A stretch of 60,607 nt of DNA, taken from contig CAZXPK010000003.1 in NCBI GenBank assembly GCA_964642565.1, positions 1 to 60,607 on the forward strand, written 5' to 3'. Shown here piece after piece: positions 21,335-30,100 of this stretch. The stretch's first letter is position 1. Each line of letters opens with the position of its first letter. The position numbers and the translations under genes are program-made. The stretch comes from an uncultured Anaerolineaceae bacterium (GTDB lineage Bacteria; Chloroflexota; Anaerolineae; Anaerolineales; UBA4823). Below the pieces are notes generated by a model. It did not search any database and had not been told where the DNA came from. It was given only the letters and a program-made list of their open reading frames with translations.

Positions 21335-21400
21335 ATACGGGAGTACTTGGCAATTACTTTGGACATGCTTGATGAAAAAAGTGTGAAAAGGAGAGATACA

Positions 21401-21823
21401 ATGACTGAACAAAAGAGACTATTGATTATCGATGATGATCCTGATTTTGTGGAAGGCATCAAATCGATTCTTGATGGGGCGGGATATAATGTAGATGTTA
21501 CCTATAACCCGAAAACTGGCCTCCAAGCATTGCAAGACAAAATATACGATCTATTACTCCTAGATATTATGATGGGTCGAGGTGCTGAGGGCATCATGAT
21601 TGCTCGTAAACTACGAAAAGACCCCAAGCTTAGGGAGATGCCAGTTTTGATCATCACCGGTATCCGGGAACAGATGGCTTTTCTCTTCCCTGGTGAGCCG
21701 GTGCATCCTCGCTTCGTTGCTGTAGATGAGTTGGTTGAAAAACCGGTGGAACCAAAAATGCTACTGGAGAAAGTAAGAACTCTTATCGAAACAGCTGAAG
21801 CTAGAAAAACCAAAGCGGGATAG
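21401..21823 (+). CDS. single-domain response regulator (REC only)
   Basis: LLIIDDDPD...DLLLLDIMM...EKP receiver signature with no output domain. ATG at 21401 is preceded by an AAAAGGAGAG RBS; the ORF-track start is 21347. Confidence 0.8.
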   Translation: MTEQKRLLIIDDDPDFVEGIKSILDGAGYNVDVTYNPKTGLQALQDKIYDLLLLDIMMGRGAEGIMIARKLRKDPKLREMPVLIITGIREQMAFLFPGEPVHPRFVAVDELVEKPVEPKMLLEKVRTLIETAEARKTKAG

Positions 21824-21834
21824 AAAGGAATTTT

Positions 21835-22398
21835 ATGGCAACCAAACCATCATTCAGTACTGAAGTTGCCAACCTCCTGCTTACCGCAGAAGGAAATCCA
21901 CTGGAGACCTGTATCCAATGTGGGACCTGCTCAGGTTCCTGCCCGGTTGCTAAATATATGGATCAAACACCGCGGCGTATCATTGCCATGATCAATGCAG
22001 GCCTAAAAGAAGATGTGCTCAAAACCAACACCTTCTGGTATTGTGCATCATGTTACCAATGCACTGTGAGGTGCCCAAGTGGAATCGACATCGCTGAAGC
22101 GATGTATGCCTTGAAACGATACACTATGTGGACTAATCAGCATAAGGAAGGATTGATTGGACCGACCTTCTCCGAGACTTTTGTCAAAACGATAGTGAGA
22201 ACTGGACGTTCTTATGAACCCCTCTTGGCACCTACATACATTTTCAGTTATGGCATACGTGAATTTTTCAATGAGGCTTTAAACGCGACGAACCTGATGT
22301 TAAAAGGGAGAATTCCCATTCTACCTCCACGAATTAAACGGCTCGAGAATTTCAGGCGGATGATTGCCCATATCATCCCTATTGGAGGGATAGAATGA
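21835..22398 (+). CDS. hdrC: heterodisulfide reductase subunit C
   Basis: 187 aa with two ferredoxin motifs, CIQCGTCSGSCP and CASCYQCTVRCP, and HdrC-type spacing. Confidence 0.85.
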   Translation: MATKPSFSTEVANLLLTAEGNPLETCIQCGTCSGSCPVAKYMDQTPRRIIAMINAGLKEDVLKTNTFWYCASCYQCTVRCPSGIDIAEAMYALKRYTMWTNQHKEGLIGPTFSETFVKTIVRTGRSYEPLLAPTYIFSYGIREFFNEALNATNLMLKGRIPILPPRIKRLENFRRMIAHIIPIGGIE

Positions 22399-23297
22399 GA
22401 GAATATGTTTATTTTCCCGGTTGTTCTCTTGAGAAAATAGCCCTGAGCTATCATCTCTCTGCACTTGAGACTACTCAAAAGTTTGGGATTAAGCTTAAAG
22501 AGTTGGATGATTGGAACTGCTGTGGAGCCACAGCTTATTTTCATGTCGATGAGTTATTAGCCTATACCCTGTCTGCTCGTAACCTGGCCATGGCGGAAAA
22601 AGTGGGATCTGAAGTAGTCGCCCCATGTAGTGCATGCTATAAAAATATGTATTTCACGAATGTACATCTGAAGGACGACCCAGATCTGGCTGATCACATT
22701 AATGAGGCTTTGCAAGAGGATAATTTATCCTACTCAGGAAAAGTAGTGGTAAAACATCTCATCGAAGTATTTTCAAACGATATTGGACCTGAAGAAATCA
22801 AAAGCAAAGTCATCTTTCCACTGAGTGAATTGCGGGTTGCACCATATTACGGGTGTCAGATATTACGCCCGAAAAAGAACCATGAAGATGTTGAGCAACC
22901 CCAATTCTTTGAGGATTTAATGGCAGCTATTGGAGCTACACCGGTAGATTTTCCACTGAAGTTAACCTGCTGCGGAGGTTCATTATTAATCTCCAGCCGA
23001 CCAGCAGCCTATTATATGATCCACAATCTACTATATAGTGCACAACGCGCTCATGCAGATGTAATCGCGACAGCATGTCCTTTGTGTCAAGTTAACCTGG
23101 AATGTTACCAGCAGCAAGTTAATCAAGAATTCGGCACAAATTTCGCAATCCCTGTGGTGTATTTCACCCAACTGATCGGTTTATCATTGGGAATTTCCCC
23201 GAAAAAATTAGGGTTTGGGAAGGAATTCCTCAGCCCAAAGAAAGCAATTGATGCGATCAAAAATATCCATAATAATGAGGAGGTAACAACACAATGA
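22395..23297 (+). CDS. hdrB: heterodisulfide reductase subunit B
   Basis: 300 aa with two CCG domains (DWNCCGA...APCSACY and LTCCGGS...ACPLCQ). ATGA overlap with hdrC. Confidence 0.85.
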   Translation: MREYVYFPGCSLEKIALSYHLSALETTQKFGIKLKELDDWNCCGATAYFHVDELLAYTLSARNLAMAEKVGSEVVAPCSACYKNMYFTNVHLKDDPDLADHINEALQEDNLSYSGKVVVKHLIEVFSNDIGPEEIKSKVIFPLSELRVAPYYGCQILRPKKNHEDVEQPQFFEDLMAAIGATPVDFPLKLTCCGGSLLISSRPAAYYMIHNLLYSAQRAHADVIATACPLCQVNLECYQQQVNQEFGTNFAIPVVYFTQLIGLSLGISPKKLGFGKEFLSPKKAIDAIKNIHNNEEVTTQ

Positions 23298-23367
23298 GTC
23301 GATATATACGATTAGTGACTCTCATCTGCATACTACCGACCGTCCTGTGTATAAAGGAGCAAATGTT

Positions 23368-25374
23368 ATGAGTGAAAAAATTGGGGTATATATCTGCCAT
23401 TGTGGTAGTAATATTGCCGGTACAGTGGATGTCGAGGAAGTAGCCAGGTGGGCAGCAGAAGAGCTCCAACCGCGTGGTGTGGTGGTTGCACGCGATTACA
23501 AATTTATGTGTTCCAGCCTGGGGCAGGAGCTGATTGAAAAAGATATCAAGGAAGAAGGTTTGACCCGCGTCGTTGTTGCCTCCTGTTCACCGCATCTGCA
23601 CGAACCAACCTTCCGCAATGCATGTGCAAGGGCTGGTCTCAACCCTTATCTGTTTGAGATGGCTAATATACGCGAGCAAGACTCATGGGTAACGACTGAC
23701 AAGTTGGAAGCCACTAAAAAAGCGAAAGCCCTTATTGCGGCAGCTGTCGGACGAGTGGTACATCAGCAGCCGCTCAACTCCCTATTTGTCCCCATAGATC
23801 CGACGGTACTGGTAGTCGGTGGAGGCATCACCGGTATCCAGGCAGCTTTGGAAATCGCCAATAGTGGGCAAAAGGTCTACTTGGTGGAACGCGAGCCATC
23901 CATCGGCGGGCACATGGCACAGTTCGATAAGACCTTCCCCACCCTGGACTGCTCGGCATGCATCCTGACACCCAAGATGTATGATGTAGGTAATCACAAG
24001 AACATAACATTATTGACCTGGAGCGAAGTCGAGAAGGTTGAGGGATACATCGGTAACTTTACCGTGACCATCCGGAAACGCGCCCGCTATATCGACCAGA
24101 GTTTATGTACTGGTTGCGGCGTGTGCTGGGAAAAATGCCCGAAGAAAGTGGTTGACAATGTTTTCGAGGCTGGTCTGGGTAAGCGTAAAGCGGTCTACAC
24201 ACCTTTCCCACAAGCTGTGCCCAAGTTCCCGGTCATCGATTACGAAAATTGCACATTTTTCTTGAAAGGCACCTGCAAAGCCTGCCAAAAATTCTGTCCA
24301 ACCGGCGCGATCAACTTTGATCAGCAAGATGAAATCATCACTGTCAAAGTTGGTAATATTATCCTTGCTACAGGCTTCGATTTGTTCGATCCGCGTCGTA
24401 TTCCTCAATATGGATATGGACGCCTACCTAATGTTTACACTAGCCTGGAGTTCGAACGGTTGAGCAATGCAGCTGGGCCAACAGGCGGAAAAATTGTCTT
24501 GCGCGACGGCGTCACTGTTCCAAAGAGTGTAGCAATTGCTCATTGTGTGGGCAGCCGAGATAAAAACTACAATAGCTACTGTTCAGCGATTTGCTGTATG
24601 CAGAGCTTAAAATTCGCCCACCTTGTACACGAGAAGACTGGGGCAGAAGTCTATAACTGCTATATTGATATTCGTACCCCTGCCAAAGGATATGATGAGT
24701 TTTACCAGCGCTTATTGGAAGAAGGAACGCACTTCATCCGTGGGAAAATCGCTGAGATCACCGATGCAGCCCGGACACCAGAAGAGGAAGGAAAGCTGGT
24801 TGTCCAAGTGGAAGACACACTGATCGGTAAGCAGCGCCGCGTTCCTGTGGATATGGTCATCCTTTCTTGCGGCCTGGAACCACGCCACGACCATAAAGAT
24901 TTGGCGCGCTTGTTTGGAATATCGTGCAGTGCAGATGGTTGGCTAATCGAGCGCCACCCCAAGCTGGATCCAATTGCCACCATGACCGACGGGGTATTTA
25001 TAGCCGGTGTATGTCAGGGACCCAAAGATATTCCCGCCAGTGTAGCACAGGGTGCTGCAGCTGCGGCACGTGTTTTGTCCATCATTGGCCAAGGCGAGAT
25101 CGAAATCGAAGCCGCAACTGCTATTGTAGATGAAACGACCTGTGTTGGATGCACGCAATGTGTTTCCTCGTGCCCTTATCAGGCGATTGAGTTCATTTCT
25201 GAAAAGGGTAAAGCGCATGTGATTGAAGCCCTTTGCAAGGGATGTGGCACCTGCGTAGGCACCTGCCTGCCCAAATCCATCAGCCTCAAACACTTCACCG
25301 ACGAGCAAATTGTGTCTGAGATGGTCGGTGCAATGCGCGTAATGACATCTTTCGAAACAGTGGAGGTGGTGTAA
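23368..25374 (+). CDS. hdrA: heterodisulfide reductase subunit A (FAD, multiple [4Fe-4S])
   Basis: FAD fold VLVVGGGITGIQAAL. Fe-S motifs CTGCGVCWEKCP, CKACQKFCP, CVGCTQCVSSCP and CKGCGTCVGTC. ATG at 23368 follows an AAAGGAG RBS; the ORF-track GTG is at 23347. Confidence 0.9.
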   Translation: MSEKIGVYICHCGSNIAGTVDVEEVARWAAEELQPRGVVVARDYKFMCSSLGQELIEKDIKEEGLTRVVVASCSPHLHEPTFRNACARAGLNPYLFEMANIREQDSWVTTDKLEATKKAKALIAAAVGRVVHQQPLNSLFVPIDPTVLVVGGGITGIQAALEIANSGQKVYLVEREPSIGGHMAQFDKTFPTLDCSACILTPKMYDVGNHKNITLLTWSEVEKVEGYIGNFTVTIRKRARYIDQSLCTGCGVCWEKCPKKVVDNVFEAGLGKRKAVYTPFPQAVPKFPVIDYENCTFFLKGTCKACQKFCPTGAINFDQQDEIITVKVGNIILATGFDLFDPRRIPQYGYGRLPNVYTSLEFERLSNAAGPTGGKIVLRDGVTVPKSVAIAHCVGSRDKNYNSYCSAICCMQSLKFAHLVHEKTGAEVYNCYIDIRTPAKGYDEFYQRLLEEGTHFIRGKIAEITDAARTPEEEGKLVVQVEDTLIGKQRRVPVDMVILSCGLEPRHDHKDLARLFGISCSADGWLIERHPKLDPIATMTDGVFIAGVCQGPKDIPASVAQGAAAAARVLSIIGQGEIEIEAATAIVDETTCVGCTQCVSSCPYQAIEFISEKGKAHVIEALCKGCGTCVGTCLPKSISLKHFTDEQIVSEMVGAMRVMTSFETVEVV

Positions 25375-25781
25375 TGTACGAACCAAAGATCATAGGATTT
25401 CTATGCAACTGGTGTTCCTACCGCGGGGCTGATTCCGCAGGCATGGCACGCTTGAAATACCCCCCAAATGCCAAGATCATCCGAGTGCCGTGCAGTGGGC
25501 GGATTTCTCCCGAGCTGGTCTTGCGCACGTTTCGCGAAGGCGCAGACGGCGTCATGGTTCTGGGATGCCACATCGGCGATTGCCACTACAGCACAGGTAA
25601 CCATCGCACGGCTAAACGTATGCCAATTTTGAAAAAATTACTTGGATATAATGGCATTGACCCAGAGCGGCTGGTAATCAACTGGGTATCAGCAGCAGAG
25701 GGTGAGAAATTCTCGATCGTCGTAAAGGATTTCACCGAAAAAATCAGAGCCATGCCGCCTTTTGTGGAGACAATGAAATGA
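25374..25781 (+). CDS. mvhD: MvhD-like hydrogenase iron-sulfur (delta) subunit
   Basis: 135 aa. The pattern FLCNWCSY...RVPCSGR...VLGCHIGDCHY is typical of MvhD/FlxD. TAATG overlap with hdrA. Confidence 0.85.
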   Translation: MYEPKIIGFLCNWCSYRGADSAGMARLKYPPNAKIIRVPCSGRISPELVLRTFREGADGVMVLGCHIGDCHYSTGNHRTAKRMPILKKLLGYNGIDPERLVINWVSAAEGEKFSIVVKDFTEKIRAMPPFVETMK

Positions 25782-26602
25782 CCGATCGACTTACCTCCTT
25801 ACAAGAAGCAATCAACCAGGTTTTTCCTCAAGTCGAGGGTGTGCTTGGCATAAAGCGAGGCCCAGGAGGCATTGCTGCTCCTTATCTGTTCTCACCCGAA
25901 CATCCAGAAGAGGTAGACCTGTTAGTAATTTGGCCCAAGGAGCCAGTACCCGATACCCTCAGGATCATCCAGCGCGCTCACACCGACTCCAAGCTCGCCA
26001 TTGTTTGCCGGGGGTGTGAGGAACGCGGCATCGTTGAGATGTTCAAACAATCTCAGCTCAAATGGGATAACATCACCCTGATCGGCTTGGAATGCACTCA
26101 GGAAGAAGCTGAATTCTGCCGCTGCGCCAAGCCATACACCATCCACGCGACGACCACTGTAGGTGAGCCGATCGCAGGTGTGCCTGACCCATTAACTGAT
26201 AAGATCGCCGGAATGAGTCTGGAGGAAAGACGAGCCTTCTGGATGGAAGAATTCCAACACTGCATTAAATGCTACGGCTGTCGGAACATCTGCCCACAGT
26301 GCTTCTGCAATATCTGCACGCTGGAAGACGAAAAGTGGGTTGAAACTGGTCGACTTCCCATGCCCAACCCATCCATGTATCACATGATCAGAGCCATGCA
26401 TATGACGGCTAAATGCGTTGCCTGTCGCGAATGCGAAGAGACATGCCCTGCTGGTATCCCCATGGCAGTGCAATTCCGCTTGATCGCCCGTGATGTGCAG
26501 GAAATGTTCAACTACGAAACTGGCGCTAAACTGGATCAGAAACCGCCACAACTATTGGTACTCGAAGAAGGTGAGTATCAACGTACCGGGTTGCCACATT
26601 AA
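25778..26602 (+). CDS. Fe-S cluster protein (2x[4Fe-4S] with CPxCFC extension), putative electron-transfer subunit
   Basis: 274 aa. Motifs CIKCYGCRNICPQCFCNIC and CVACRECEETCP. The N-terminal roughly 150 aa has no motif I recognise. ATGA overlap with mvhD and a 12-nt gap to fdhA. Confidence 0.6.
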   Translation: MTDRLTSLQEAINQVFPQVEGVLGIKRGPGGIAAPYLFSPEHPEEVDLLVIWPKEPVPDTLRIIQRAHTDSKLAIVCRGCEERGIVEMFKQSQLKWDNITLIGLECTQEEAEFCRCAKPYTIHATTTVGEPIAGVPDPLTDKIAGMSLEERRAFWMEEFQHCIKCYGCRNICPQCFCNICTLEDEKWVETGRLPMPNPSMYHMIRAMHMTAKCVACRECEETCPAGIPMAVQFRLIARDVQEMFNYETGAKLDQKPPQLLVLEEGEYQRTGLPH

Positions 26603-26614
26603 GGAGCGAATGCT

Positions 26615-28663
26615 ATGATCGAATACAAAAATGTTCTGACTACCTGTCCGTACTGTGGAACGGGCTGCAACTTGCACCTTCAAGTCCTTGATGGCGCATT
26701 AGTTGGTGTGCTGCCAGCAAAAGGACACCCCATCAGCCAGGGCAGCCTGTGTATCAAGGGTTGGAATGCGCATGCCTTTGTGAATCACAAAGATCGCCTG
26801 CGCACTCCGTTGATCCGCAAGAATGGTGAATTGGTTGAAGCGACCTGGGATGAAGCCTTGAGCTTGGTGGCAGAAAAACTTGGCGCCATTAAAACCGAGA
26901 GTGGTCCGGATAGCATCGGCATTTTGTCCTCTGCAAAATGCACGAACGAAGAAAATTATTTGCTCCAAAAGTTCGCCCGCGCAGTGATCGGAACGAATAA
27001 CATTGATCACTGCGCCCGTCTCTGACACGCTCCCACTGTGGCCGGTCTGGCTGCATCATTTGGTAGTGGAGCAATGACGAATTCGATCCCAGAATTCGAA
27101 GAAAACACCAACTGCTTCTTAATTATCGGCTCTAATACTTCCGAAGGTCACCCGTTGATCGCAACCCGGATCCTGAAAGGCCAGAAGCGCGGCGCCAAGG
27201 TCATTGTCATTGATCCGCGTAAAAATCAGATTGGCTACTGGGCGGATATCTTTTATACCTTCCGCCCCGGCAGCGATGTTGCCCTCTTTAATGGGTTTAT
27301 GAATGTGATTATCAGCGAAGAATTAGCGGATGAGGCTTTCATCGCAGAGCGTACTGAGGACTATGAAGCCCTTAAGACCCTGGTTGCAGAATACACCCCG
27401 GAGAAAGTGGCTGAGATCACCAACGTACCGGCAGATGGTATCCGCGATATCGCCCGCACTTATGCCAAGGGTAAACCAGCTGCGATCATTTATGCCATGG
27501 GCATCACCCAGCACACAACCGGTGTTGACAATGTTAAATCCACTGCCAACCTGGCCATGCTGTGCGGCAACATGGGCATCGCTGGTGGCGGTGTCAACCC
27601 ACTCCGTGGACAAAATAACGTTCAAGGTGCCTGCGATATGGGCGCCTTACCCAACGTCTATTCCGGATATCAGGCTGTCACCATCCCGGATGTTCAGAAG
27701 AAATTCCAGGAGGCATGGGGATCAGCTGGTCCATTGACTGTTGGATTGACGGTTACCGAGATGGTCCATGCAGCTTCCGAAGGCAAAGTGCGCGCCCTCT
27801 TCGTGATGGCTGAGAATCCGATGATCTCAGACCCGGATCTCAACCACGTCCGCCACTGCCTGGAACAAACGGAATTCCTGGTGGTCCAGGATATCTTCAT
27901 GACCGAGACAGCTGAGATGGCTCACGTAGTCCTCCCGGGTACGACGTTTGCTGAAAAGGATGGCACCTTCTCGAACACCGAACGCCGTGTTCAACGGGTA
28001 CGCAAGGCTATCGAACCAATCGGTGACTCCAAACCAGATTGGGTGATCATCTGCGAGCTGGCGAAGAAAATGAGTGCTCAGGGCTTTGATTACAATTCTC
28101 CTGTAGATATCATGGTTGAAATCAATCGCCTGACCCCTTCATACGGCGGCATCACCTACGAACGCCTGGAAGAACTTGGTTCGCTACAATGGCCTTGCCC
28201 CACAACCGAACATCCCGGCACGTCTTTCCTCCACAAGGGTAAATTTGCCCGCGGTCAAGGAAAATTTTTCGCCCTTCCGTTCAAAGAACCGGCCGAAATG
28301 CCGGACGAAGAATATCCATTCACCCTCACCACCGGGCGAATTATGTTCCATTTCCATACCGGCTCAATGACCCGTCGTTCAGCCAAACTGAACAGCGAAG
28401 TCCCCGAAGCCTATGTCGAGATCAATGTACTCGACGCTCAAAAGATAGGCTTAAATGGTCACAAATACGTACGCGTGACAAGTCGGCGCGGTGAAATTGA
28501 ACTCGGAGTGCGCATTACCGATGATATCAAGCGCGGGGTTATCTTTATTCCATTCCACTTCGCTGAAGCTGCCGCCAATAAGCTTACCAACGCTGCCATC
28601 GACCCGGTCGCTAAGATCCCTGAGTATAAAGTCTGCGCGGTAAAGGTTGAAGTCGCAGCTTAG
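26615..28663 (+). CDS. fdhA: formate dehydrogenase alpha subunit, selenocysteine-containing (Mo/W-bisPGD)
   Basis: The track ORFs 26615-27025 and 27038-28663 are in the same frame and are separated only by TGA at 27023-27025. Read-through gives [27 protein letters not shown], the conserved Fdh active-site context. The N-terminal CPYCGTGC [4Fe-4S] motif is present. Confidence 0.9.
27026..27072 (+). promoter_or_regulatory. SECIS-like mRNA hairpin downstream of the UGA
   Basis: Apical stem 27038-27043 / 27049-27054 (GUGGCC/GGCUGC, including two G-U pairs) with loop GGUCU at 27044-27048. Lower stem 27029-27037 / 27065-27072. The apical stem starts 12 nt after the UGA. Confidence 0.6.
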
Positions 28664-28714
28664 GTGGAATTTCCGAACCTTCAGGTCGGTCATTAGGAGA
28701 CAAGGAGAAAGTAC

Positions 28715-29206
28715 ATGGATGTTCGAAAGATTTTAGAATATGCACTGCAGCGCGAATATGAAGGCAAACACTTCTTTGAAGAAAATGCCGCACGTATGGG
28801 TCATCCTGCGGCGGCTGGTGCTTTTAAAGAATTAGCTGCTGAGGAAGGGAAACACATCGAGTTCATCCAGGGGCAACTCGCCGCCCTGGATAAAAATCAA
28901 CTTTCCAGCGATGCTCTGACGAAAGAACTCGATGGAGCAGGTTTCTTCTCAGCCCGCGCTCACTCGGAAATGCTTGATCAGACGGTGTTGGAGGCCATGG
29001 TACCAGACCTGCCTGTGCTACGGACTGCGTACCTCATTGAAAGGGATTTCGCTGACTTCTACGAGAATTCTTCAAAGCAAGCCAATGGTGAAACAAAAAT
29101 TTTGCTGGAGAAGCTTGCCAAATGGGAACGTAAGCATGAGGCCTTGTTCAAGAGCTTACACGACAAAGCCTATGAAGTCTACAACCAAATGCCCTGGGGA
29201 GGTTAA
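28715..29206 (+). CDS. rubrerythrin/ferritin-like diiron four-helix-bundle protein
   Basis: 163 aa with a duplicated E...ExxH pattern (EYEGK...AEEGKHIEF and ERDFADFYE...WERKHEAL). No rubredoxin domain. Confidence 0.5.
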   Translation: MDVRKILEYALQREYEGKHFFEENAARMGHPAAAGAFKELAAEEGKHIEFIQGQLAALDKNQLSSDALTKELDGAGFFSARAHSEMLDQTVLEAMVPDLPVLRTAYLIERDFADFYENSSKQANGETKILLEKLAKWERKHEALFKSLHDKAYEVYNQMPWGG

Positions 29207-29215
29207 GAGTTACGA

Positions 29216-30001
29216 ATGAATTTCCGCACCCCTTTACCTAACTCCGTGCGCTACCACGCTGGAAAATGGGAAACATTGGGAGCTGGGGTAATTGTTGAAA
29301 CACCAGTTACATTAACGGTCAATGGACACGTCTGGTTGACCTTTATGTGCACGCCAACGGATTTGGAAGCGCTGGCGGTAGGATTTCTATACGATGAAGG
29401 TGTGATTAAGAACAAAGAAGAGATCGAGTTAATGAAAGTATGCCCGTCTGGCGATAATGTAGATATCTGGCTGAAAAATGCCGTGGAACAACCACAACAG
29501 TGGCGGAAAACATCGGGATGCACGGGCGGTGCGACTGCGGTATCTCTGGATCAGATACACCCGGAACTCAAAGATGGCCTTTTGCTAACCCCCAAAATGG
29601 TGCAAAGTTTAATCAAAAATCTTTCAGAAGAGCAGGTTTTGTATCGAGAGGTCGGTGGCGTGCACACCTCTATCTTGAGCGATGGTGAACGGGTGGTTGT
29701 TTCTGCGGAAGATATCGGCAGGCATAATTCACTAGATAAAATTGCCGGTCATTGTGTCCTGGAAAACATTGAACTAGCGCGGAAAATATTGGTCACGACC
29801 GGCCGTATTAGTTCAGATATGATCCAGAAAGCCGCCCGAATTGGAGCTGCAGTTGTCATCTCACGAACCTCTGCGAGTTCGCTCTCCGTCACCCTGGCAG
29901 ATAAATGGGGAATCACCTTAATTGGTTATGCACGGCATGATCAGTTTCTTATCTATACGCACCCAGAACGGATAAAGCAAATAACTATAGTTTTAGCATA
30001 G
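29216..30001 (+). CDS. fdhD: formate dehydrogenase accessory sulfurtransferase FdhD
   Basis: 261 aa. GGVHTS and DIGRHNSLDKIAG motifs and the SSGCTGG-like cysteine loop (TSGCTGG). Confidence 0.9.
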   Translation: MNFRTPLPNSVRYHAGKWETLGAGVIVETPVTLTVNGHVWLTFMCTPTDLEALAVGFLYDEGVIKNKEEIELMKVCPSGDNVDIWLKNAVEQPQQWRKTSGCTGGATAVSLDQIHPELKDGLLLTPKMVQSLIKNLSEEQVLYREVGGVHTSILSDGERVVVSAEDIGRHNSLDKIAGHCVLENIELARKILVTTGRISSDMIQKAARIGAAVVISRTSASSLSVTLADKWGITLIGYARHDQFLIYTHPERIKQITIVLA

Positions 30002-30100
30002 CAATCTCGTCTGAGGAGGAGTGACCCTAAGAGATACTATAAAAAGTAGCAACCCACATCGTCCAACACAAAAACAACCCTATATCTAAGGAGACTTTCT

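Noticed and set aside
26615-28663. The ORF track shows fdhA as two pieces (136 aa + 541 aa), which could be read as a pseudogene or as two genes.
   Set aside because: Both pieces are in the same frame and are separated only by a single TGA. That TGA sits at the conserved Sec/Cys active-site position ([10 protein letters not shown]), and a SECIS-like hairpin follows. It is best explained as a selenoprotein gene.
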